This document shows positions 25,164 through 32,000 of a DNA stretch of 32,000 nt, piece by piece. The position numbers and the translations under genes were made by a program. Origin of the DNA: Gemmata obscuriglobus. Its GTDB lineage: Bacteria; Planctomycetota; Planctomycetia; Gemmatales; Gemmataceae. Every line of letters starts with the position of its first letter. Position 1 is the first letter of the stretch. The stretch spans positions 2,910,001 to 2,942,000 of the forward strand of contig NZ_CP042911.1 in assembly GCF_008065095.1 (NCBI RefSeq), written 5' to 3'. A model generated the notes under the pieces. It saw only the letters and a list, made by a program, of their open reading frames with translations. It made no database searches and had not been told where the DNA came from.

Positions 25164-26318
25164 CTACTCCGTGCGCTTGGCCCGGGTCTCAGCGTACCCG
25201 GCTTCGAGCCGGCGGGTCAACTCGGGGAACTTGTCGAACAGCCGCTTCGGGGTCCGCCTCTCGCACCGCGTCAGCGAGTACGCCGTCAGCAGCGGCAGCG
25301 CGATCGTCGAGTCGACGTAGCACGTCACCGAATCCGGGAGCTTCTCGGGGTCCACCTTGCCCCACGTCATCGCCTCGCTCGGCGTCGCGCCGCTCAGCCC
25401 GCCGGTGTCCGGGCGGGCGTCCGTGAACTGCAAGAAGTAGTCGTGCCCCGCCTCGAGCAGCCCGAGCACCTCCTGAATTTGCGGCTCGGTCTGGAGCATG
25501 AAGTTCTTCGGGCTGCCGCCGCCCAAAATCAGCACGGAACTGGTCCCGCCGGCGGCCTTCGCGTCCCACACGATCGACGCCGACTGGTTCACGTCGCGGA
25601 GCGGGTCGATGCGGAGCTGCGAGCCCTCCAGCATCAGCGCCGCGAGGTTCATCCCGATGGAGCTGTCGCCCGGCGAGCTGGTGAAGATCGGCACCCCGTG
25701 CCGGTACGCCGCGGCCAGCAGGTTCTTGCCCCTCACCCCCGTCTGGTCCTCGCGCTCCGCGAGGTACTTCCCGACCAGGTTGTGGAACTCCGCGGTCCCC
25801 ATCGTGTGCTGGAACGCGTCCCCGCGGCACAGGGCGCGGAAGAACTTGTCCGTGCCCAGCAGGTTCTCGTAGTCGAAGACGATGTCGTAGATACGGATGA
25901 CCTGGTTCTCGCGCAGCTCGTGGTCCGGCAGGCTCGGCCCGGCCTGGAACAGGTCCATCCCCAGCGCGTAGTGGGTGTCGTGGTACAGGTTCGCCCCGGT
26001 CGAGACGATCCAGTCGATGAACCCCGCTTCCACCAGCGGCACCAGGCACGACATCCCCAAGCCGGCGGGCGTCAGCGCCCCCGAGAGCGCCAGCCCGATG
26101 GTGCCGTTGTCGGCCAGCATCTTGCGCACGAAGAGCTGGCACCCCTCCCGCAGCCGGCCGCCGTTGTACGAGAGGAACGCGCCGTCGATCAGGTCCGCGG
26201 TCCCGGCGCCCGGCGCGACGGGCGCCGGGTCGATGCGGTGGCGGCTGATCTTGTGGAGGAACTCCTTGTTGGCGTCGGTCCCGGCGTGGCGGTCGTAGCT
26301 CGGCTTGTGCGGGTGCAT
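25164..26318 (-). CDS. Deoxyhypusine synthase-like protein (DHS / homospermidine-synthase superfamily)
   Basis: 384 aa. It contains GGG.PKN and SEAMTWGKV, which match the eukaryotic DHS catalytic-lysine motif (EAVSWGK, from memory), and the sequence is DHS-like along its full length. Confidence 0.85.
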   Translation of the reverse strand: MHPHKPSYDRHAGTDANKEFLHKISRHRIDPAPVAPGAGTADLIDGAFLSYNGGRLREGCQLFVRKMLADNGTIGLALSGALTPAGLGMSCLVPLVEAGFIDWIVSTGANLYHDTHYALGMDLFQAGPSLPDHELRENQVIRIYDIVFDYENLLGTDKFFRALCRGDAFQHTMGTAEFHNLVGKYLAEREDQTGVRGKNLLAAAYRHGVPIFTSSPGDSSIGMNLAALMLEGSQLRIDPLRDVNQSASIVWDAKAAGGTSSVLILGGGSPKNFMLQTEPQIQEVLGLLEAGHDYFLQFTDARPDTGGLSGATPSEAMTWGKVDPEKLPDSVTCYVDSTIALPLLTAYSLTRCERRTPKRLFDKFPELTRRLEAGYAETRAKRTE

Positions 26319-26330
26319 GGCGTCCGTGGG

Positions 26331-27014
26331 TCAGGGGTCGGGGGCAAAGGGGCATTCTATGACGCCGAGTTCGCGCAGCGCCGCGGCGTACTCCTCCGGC
26401 GTGTTCAGGTTGCGGAGCGACCGGAGTTCGGGGTCCGCGTCGCGCAACTCGCTCGCGCTCAAGGCCCGGGGCGGCACGAGGGTGAAGAGGTCCGTCATGC
26501 GCAGCCGGTTCGCCGCCAGCATCGCGCGCGCGACCGGGAGCACGCGCGCCCGGTACGCCGCGGCCAGCGGGTGGAGCCGGCCGCCGATTTGCGGCACCGC
26601 GGCCCAAACACTCACCCACCAACCCTCTTCCTGAAGGGATGAAGGGTCGCCCAGGCCTGCGATCACACGCCGCACGAACGCCGGCGTCAAGAACGGGGCA
26701 TCGCACGCGGACAGGTACACCGCGTCGCACGCCCCGTCGAGCGCCGTGAGCCCCGCGACCAGCCCGCCGAGCGGCCCGCGGCCCTCGACCTCGTCGCGAA
26801 CGACGGGCACGCCGTCCGGCAACGGCGGGACCTCCTGGTCCGGTGCCGCGACCACGACGACAAAGTCGGTCGATTCGCGCACGGCGCGAACAACACGCGG
26901 GAGCAACAGCTCGTTGCCGAAGGGGAGGGCAGCCTTCGGGCGCCCCATGCGCGCGGATTTGCCCCCACAGAGGACGATTCCACCGACTTTCATGCGCCGC
27001 TGCTCCGAAATCAT
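26331..27014 (-). CDS. mobA: Molybdenum cofactor guanylyltransferase (MobA-like)
   Basis: GIVLCGGKSARMG.PKA.L.F, PLGGL and SACDAPF are typical MobA motifs. An alternative start lies at 26993 (MKVGG). Confidence 0.8.
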   Translation of the reverse strand: MISEQRRMKVGGIVLCGGKSARMGRPKAALPFGNELLLPRVVRAVRESTDFVVVVAAPDQEVPPLPDGVPVVRDEVEGRGPLGGLVAGLTALDGACDAVYLSACDAPFLTPAFVRRVIAGLGDPSSLQEEGWWVSVWAAVPQIGGRLHPLAAAYRARVLPVARAMLAANRLRMTDLFTLVPPRALSASELRDADPELRSLRNLNTPEEYAAALRELGVIECPFAPDP

Positions 27015-27089
27015 GCGCCGGGCGGAATTCTGCGCCGCCGCGCATATTTTCTATTGACCGGCAGAACGTGTGTTACTGTCCTATGAGAA

Positions 27090-28061
27090 GTGTATCTAGC
27101 GCTTTACGCCCCGGTGCGTGTGAGTACGCCGATGTTCTTTACTGCTTTCCGGCGGCTGTTCCGACGCGAACCGTCGCCCCAGTTACACACCTCGGACCTC
27201 GTGCGGGACCTCGGGCGCATCGAGTCGTTCCCGACGCTCTCGCACGTGACCGTGCGGGCGATGGCGCTGACCAACGACCCGAAGGCCACGCTGGCGGACG
27301 TGGCCGAGCTGATCCGGCACGACCCGGTGCTGTCGGTCGGGGTTTTGAAGGTGGCGAACTCGGCCGCCAACCGCGGCCGCCGCGCCAGCGAGAACGTGCA
27401 ACAGGCGACCGTGCGGCTGGGCATGCGCCGGTGCCAGCAGGTCATCGCCACGGTCGGCGTGCGCGGGGTGTTCAAGTACACCTCGCCGCTGGCGGAGCTG
27501 ATGTGCGAGACCCTGCTGCGGCACTCGCTGTTCACCGCCAACATCGCGTCGCGCCTGAACGCCGCCGGCGAGCTGGGGTTCCGCGGCGAGGAGTTCACCG
27601 CCGGGCTGCTGCACGACATCGGGCGCGTCATCATGTGCGTCCGCGCGCCGGCCGCGTTCGCGTCCCTGGACCCGCTCACGTTCCAGGAGGACGGCGGCAT
27701 TCTGGCGCGGGAGCGGGACGCGATCCAGTTCGACCACTGCGAGATCGGGGTGCGGTTCGCCCGCGCCAACCAGTTGCCCCCGACCGTCACGAACGCGATC
27801 CTGAACCACCACTACCCGCAAGCCGAGCGCGAGTTCCCGGTGCTGGTGGCGCTCGCCGCGGTCGCCGACGGGATCGCCAACCACGCCCAGCGCGAGCGCA
27901 AGCTGACCAACTACCGGCCCGAGAAGTGCCCGGGCTTTATTCGGCTGCTGGCCAACGTCGGCCCCGAGAAGACACGGGCCGTGCGGGCGGCCGTGTCGCG
28001 CGCGGTGGTGGAGTCGCTGCGCGAGACGCGGGCCATGCTGAAGCTCACCGCAACGATGTGA
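27090..28061 (+). CDS. HDOD domain protein (signalling/regulatory)
   Basis: LP.L..V..R...L..DP.A...D.A.LI..DP.L...VLK.ANSA...GLLHDIG is the HDOD signature. The GTG at 27090 or the ATG at 27132 could be the start. Confidence 0.8.
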   Translation: MYLALYAPVRVSTPMFFTAFRRLFRREPSPQLHTSDLVRDLGRIESFPTLSHVTVRAMALTNDPKATLADVAELIRHDPVLSVGVLKVANSAANRGRRASENVQQATVRLGMRRCQQVIATVGVRGVFKYTSPLAELMCETLLRHSLFTANIASRLNAAGELGFRGEEFTAGLLHDIGRVIMCVRAPAAFASLDPLTFQEDGGILARERDAIQFDHCEIGVRFARANQLPPTVTNAILNHHYPQAEREFPVLVALAAVADGIANHAQRERKLTNYRPEKCPGFIRLLANVGPEKTRAVRAAVSRAVVESLRETRAMLKLTATM

Positions 28062-28127
28062 CGCGCCCGACGTGTCACATGGTCCCGTTTCGCTCCAATG
28101 CACGGCGGGCATTCGGGCACCGTGAAT

Positions 28128-28184
28128 CAACCGTCCCCTGTGCGTCGGCGGCCCACAGCGCCGCCGACGCACAGGGGACGGTTG
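28128..28184 (+). terminator. Perfect 25-bp GC-rich hairpin (7-nt loop) 66 nt downstream of the HDOD gene
   Basis: caaccgtcccctgtgcgtcggcggc / gccgccgacgcacaggggacggttg verified base by base. There is no strong U-tract after it (ttagacat). Confidence 0.5.
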
Positions 28185-28364
28185 TTAGACATATCAACAA
28201 ACGTTCGGTGTCGGACATTAGCTTGTCGGCAACCCGGCTCTTAACTCGTCGCGCTGCGGGGACTTTCTAAACCTTGCGGTTCTTGCAGCACGGCGCGTGA
28301 GGAATCGTACATCATTCCTCAGCGCTCAGACTCCGCTCGTTTCCTCACATTTCAGGGGACTCGC

Positions 28365-28919
28365 GTGAAAACCGTTCTGCTCCCGATCGGCGACGCGGCC
28401 GAGGTGCTCGACACCTATTACCCCCTGTTCCGGCTGCGCGAGGAGGGCTACACGGTCCTCGTCGCGGGTCCGGAGGTCCGGCCCTACCACCTCGTTTTGC
28501 ACGAACGGCCCGACGGCTGGGACATCACCCAGGAGCGGCCCGGCTACACCCTTCAGGCCGATGTCGCGTTCCGGGACGTGAACCCGGACCAGCTCGCCGG
28601 CATGGTCATCACCGGCGGCCGGGCGCCGGAGTACCTCCGCTACGACGCCGACCTGCTGCGCATCACCCGCGCGCTGTTCGCCGCCAACAAGCCGGTCGCC
28701 AGCGTGTGCCACGGCATCGAGATCGTTGCGGCCGCCGACGTGATCCGCGGGCGCGAGGTGACAACCGTTGCCAAGTGCGCGCTGGACTGCACCTTCTCCG
28801 GGGGCGTGTACGTGAACCGCGAGGTGGTGGTGAGCGGGAACCTCGTGACGTGCCGCACCTGGCACGACAACCCGGCGTGGATGCGCGAGTACCTCAAGTT
28901 GCTCCGCGCCGCGCGGTGA
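28365..28919 (+). CDS. DJ-1/PfpI-family protein
   Basis: 184 aa with a flavodoxin-like pattern, the nucleophile-elbow motif ASVCHG, and ITGGRAPEYL. Confidence 0.85.
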   Translation: MKTVLLPIGDAAEVLDTYYPLFRLREEGYTVLVAGPEVRPYHLVLHERPDGWDITQERPGYTLQADVAFRDVNPDQLAGMVITGGRAPEYLRYDADLLRITRALFAANKPVASVCHGIEIVAAADVIRGREVTTVAKCALDCTFSGGVYVNREVVVSGNLVTCRTWHDNPAWMREYLKLLRAAR

Positions 28920-29205
28920 AGGCGGCAAAGGTTCAGTGGGAAGGCGCGACGCACGCTCCGGCCGCAACTTCGCGGGATCGGCAAGCACGTCCGCCGCCGT
29001 GCTCCCGCGGGCGCATCACAAGGTCGGTCCGGCGGGCGTGGGCCGCGCACGGATGCGGCTGCTCCTGCCTCCCTCAACGCCCGCGCACGCGCACGGCGCG
29101 GGTCCGCAGGGGTAGCGATAACGACGCTTCGCCGCCACAATGGATACGGGTAATAACACCGACCGCTCCGCACCGGCGGTCACCGGACCGGGTTCCTACG
29201 ACCAC

Positions 29206-29898
29206 ATGAACGAGACCGAATGGCTGACGGCCCGCGAGCCCTGGGGGATGATCGCGTTCATTCGCGAGAGCGCGAGCCGGCGGAAGTTACGGCTGTTCGC
29301 GTGCGCGTGCTGCCGTCAGGTGCTCAACCCGTTCGCCCCGCCCCTGGTAGAGCGAGCGGTCACGGCGGCCGAGATGTTCGCGGACGGCGAAGTCGGCCAC
29401 TCGGCGCTGCTCCAGACGCGCGCCGTGGTGGCCCCGGCGAGTAACGCCGCCCGCCGCGCCAACGTCGGGAGCCGTGTGGGGTACTTGTGCCACCTGTGGG
29501 ATGCGTGCCTGGCGGCGTGTTGGGACGGCTGGGAAGCGGACGCGGCGGACGACGCGGCGCTGGCAACCGCCCGAGCGGCGGCCGATGTGCCCTGGCCCGC
29601 GACCGGCACGCCGCCGGCGGATTTTTACGCCGAACTCGCGAATCAGGCCGACCTGCTCCGCGACATCTTCGGCAACCCGTTCACATCATGCGGGCTGGAG
29701 CCCGAGTGGCTCACCGACACCGTGATCGGAATGGCGCGATCGATCTACACCGAGTACACGTTCGACCAACTGCCGGTTCTGGCCGACGCACTCCAGGACG
29801 CGGGCTGCGACAGCGACCCGATTCTCAACCACTGCCGCAGCGAGCGCGAGCACGTTCGTGGGTGCTGGGTGGTGGACCTGCTGCTGAGTAAAGCTTGA
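29206..29898 (+). CDS. Hypothetical protein with the conserved C-terminal ...LADALQDAGC...ILNHCR....HVRGCWVVDLLL module (planctomycete/myxobacterial family)
   Basis: 230 aa from MNETEWL (the ORF opens at 29140). The C-terminal ~70 aa match a module that I recall usually sits at the C-terminus of TIGR02996-domain proteins in Gemmata. Confidence 0.7.
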   Translation: MNETEWLTAREPWGMIAFIRESASRRKLRLFACACCRQVLNPFAPPLVERAVTAAEMFADGEVGHSALLQTRAVVAPASNAARRANVGSRVGYLCHLWDACLAACWDGWEADAADDAALATARAAADVPWPATGTPPADFYAELANQADLLRDIFGNPFTSCGLEPEWLTDTVIGMARSIYTEYTFDQLPVLADALQDAGCDSDPILNHCRSEREHVRGCWVVDLLLSKA

Positions 29899-31518
29899 GG
29901 GGTAGTTGACACCCGGCGACGTGCAACCAAAGATGGCGCAGTGCGCGTGTCACGTGTGCTAACAGTCCGAACAGACTGGGGGCCAAAGTGGCGTAATGAG
30001 GTTCACGCGTTTTTGATGGTGCGACGAGGAATACCAGCTCGGACCGCAAAGTCGCCGTTGCCACTTGTTACTGTTTGCCTGTTGCTCGTCCTATGGGCAT
30101 CTCTGCTGTTGCTGCCGGCAGCGAATAACATCTTCTCATTCGAAGCATGCTTCGCGTGGTCGAAAAATCGAAGTGCGATTCGCTTGAAATCACAGAGGAT
30201 TGCGTCGCCGGCCCGCTGCGACACGCAGGGTGGCAGGGTGATTGGCACGGTGGCTGCTTTATCTATTTGCGTCGAGCACCACTTGCTGCTCTGGGTGTGC
30301 TGTGGGGAGAGGCGGCACAGTCAGAGGGGTAAATACAGCTCGCAAAATCTGTCACTGTTGTCCTGGCCGATGGGAGAGGCGGCCAGGACAACGGTGATAC
30401 TGCTAAAAAATTCAAATCAACTAACATGCTGGAAGACAAGAGAGGCGACCCGTTAAGGATCGCCTCTCTGTTTGCGTCGGGAGAGTGACGCAGTTTTTTC
30501 CTTTTGGCATCATGCCCTATTCCGGTACGCCACGCAAGTGGGATTTTCTTACTTGTTTCACTTTCTGGTCACGAACTGGAAGTCGGCTGCACCGCACCGC
30601 TACTGGATTCGCACTTTAACGCTCTGGCGCATTGACCGATCCGCACGCAATTCTGCTTCGCTACGACACGGCAACCCCAATCGCTCACACGTTCTCGACC
30701 GGCGAGTCAGGCTCACAGGCGCGAGCGTGATGGCGGCCAAGTAAACTCAGAAAGGGTGGCGGGGTGGACGGATGGTCACAGTTTCGTGCTGGCTTGCACG
30801 AACTTCGCGTTTGCGAACACCGATTTTGACAGGATCGACAGGATTCACCGGATTAAAGACCGATCGATTTGAAATCCTGTTGATGCTGCCAAAATCCTCT
30901 GGGCTCAGCCACCGCGTCTTGGTGCTACCCGCCCTCGCCCTGGCGGCCGCAGGTACTCCGAATCTCGGACGGCACCAGGGCAACGCAAAAAAAGCAAACG
31001 CGGTTGAGCGACACCGGAAGTGAAGTGTCGTGGCCCTGTGCTTTCCAAGGCTCGGTCACTGAATCAAGAGGCCTGGACGACGCTTCAGGTTGCCCAGATT
31101 AGCCCCTTTCGCAACTCTTTGGGCGTCACTCGCGGGGCCGTCTTGCTACGCCGCAAAGCGGAACGGTATTGGGGCTAGTCGGCGTGTTGCCGGCTTCCTA
31201 TACCTCAATCTTCCCCTCGTATGCGAAGGTGCCGTGCTCATGGCGAGTTGGCTGCGGGGAGGGTATGTCTGCCGCGAAGGTCTGATAATTTTCTTTGCGG
31301 TGGTGGTTGACGGATGGGGCTCGCGAGCTAAGATGATCGGAGTGACGCAAACGCAACGCGGGTAACGAGTTGCGACGCGAAAAGTTGGTTCGGATCGCTC
31401 GAGCAGGGCGGCCGAATCACTCGGGTTCCGGAAGCGGCTCGCGAGAGCGGCGGACGGGGCTCAACAAGCCGGTAAGACGGCCAGTGGCAGGTGGTGTGAC
31501 CTCCTGCCGAGACGGTCT

Positions 31519-31546
31519 TTGACAACGTGGTGAAGCAAGTTAAGTT
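31519..31546 (+). promoter_or_regulatory. Candidate sigma70-type promoter for the 23S rRNA gene (TTGACA-N16-TAAGTT)
   Basis: A perfect -35 hexamer at 31519-31524 and an AT-rich hexamer at 31541-31546 lie about 235 nt upstream of the mature 23S 5' end. This rests on sequence pattern only. Confidence 0.3.
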
Positions 31547-31781
31547 GCATCTTCGTCGGTGCCGCTTGCGGGTCGTCTGGGTGCGGCGTCGCTCCTTCGG
31601 GTGCGGGGCCGGGTCTGGCGGGTTGCGGGTGGCGGCGATCAGTGACAAGACGAGACACGAGCCTTAGAAGTGGTTGAGATAATCGTCACCCGCGGCACAT
31701 ATCGGTGCCGGGGGTGGCACTAGTGGTGATGCTCGACTAATGGTACCCGCTTGCCGGCGGGTGCGGTGGTCTGGGCAGTGC

Positions 31782-32000
31782 GGCCAAGCTAGTAAGGGCG
31801 TGTGGGGGATGTCTTGGCACCAGGAGGCGAAAGGGCGTGGAAGACTGCGAAAAGTCCGGGGGAGCTGTCAAACGAGCTTTGATCCCGGAATACCCGAGCG
31901 AACGCAGGGAACTGAAACATCTCAGTACCTGTAGGAGGAGAAAGAAACCTCGATTCCGTCAGTAGCGGCGAGCGAACGCGGAGCAGCCCAAACCGGGGGT
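31782..32000 (+). rRNA. rrl: 23S rRNA, 5' end (partial, continues beyond the window)
   Basis: GGCCAAGCTAGTAAGGGCGTGTGGGGGATG..GGGAACTGAAACATCTCAGTACC..AGTAGCGGCGAGCGAACG matches universally conserved 23S domain I blocks. No 16S 3' end or spacer tRNAs lie upstream. Confidence 0.9.

Noticed and set aside
24942-27045. 566-aa plus-strand and 618-aa minus-strand ORFs spanning the DHS-like and mobA genes
   Set aside because: They cross two independently recognisable genes in the wrong frame or strand, which is typical of open frames in high-GC DNA.
29941-31365. ORFs of 171, 81, 90, 78, 83 and 91 aa in the low-GC stretch
   Set aside because: They have no recognisable motifs, odd compositions (Cys/Trp/Leu-rich), and overlap each other. 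The minus-strand frame ending ..HEHGTFAYEGKIEV (31198-31416) has no start codon; it is mentioned only as a possible remnant.
1-32000. tRNA genes, a 16S rRNA 3' end, 5S rRNA, and integrase, transposase or cas genes
   Set aside because: I looked for T-loop-like GGTTCGAATCC/GGTTCAAATCC words, the GATCACCTCCTT 16S tail, and recombinase-like ORFs, and found none.

Overview
High-GC (about 68% in coding stretches by hand count) chromosomal window that looks like a Gemmata-type planctomycete. Supporting signs are a TIGR02996 'repeat-companion' N-terminal domain, a TIGR03067-like lipocalin protein, a BBP7-like outer-membrane barrel, a DUF1571-like lipoprotein, and a 23S rRNA 5' end with no 16S or tRNAs upstream. 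Most genes are ordinary housekeeping or accessory metabolism: rpe, cysH (APS-reductase type) plus an Rrf2 regulator, a Rieske oxygenase, fumC, an FMO-type monooxygenase, a LOG-family protein, a HAD phosphatase, aroC, an S1 protease, a deoxyhypusine-synthase-like enzyme, mobA, an HDOD protein and a DJ-1/PfpI protein. Four things stand out. (1) The first 3.3 kb is almost entirely non-coding and packed with at least five repeat or palindrome families, including helically phased GGTSACC arrays flanking an A-rich tract. (2) Three tandem, co-directional paralogous genes for secreted proteins of unrecognised family carry near-identical 3' ends. (3) An MglA/CvnD-like P-loop GTPase is translationally coupled to a small all-helical protein, inside a tight five-gene minus-strand cluster. 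(4) Several MITE-like palindromic elements are present, along with a 1.9-kb low-GC ORF-less stretch ahead of the 23S gene. Many long ORFs in the six-frame track are off-frame or antisense artefacts of the high GC content and were rejected.
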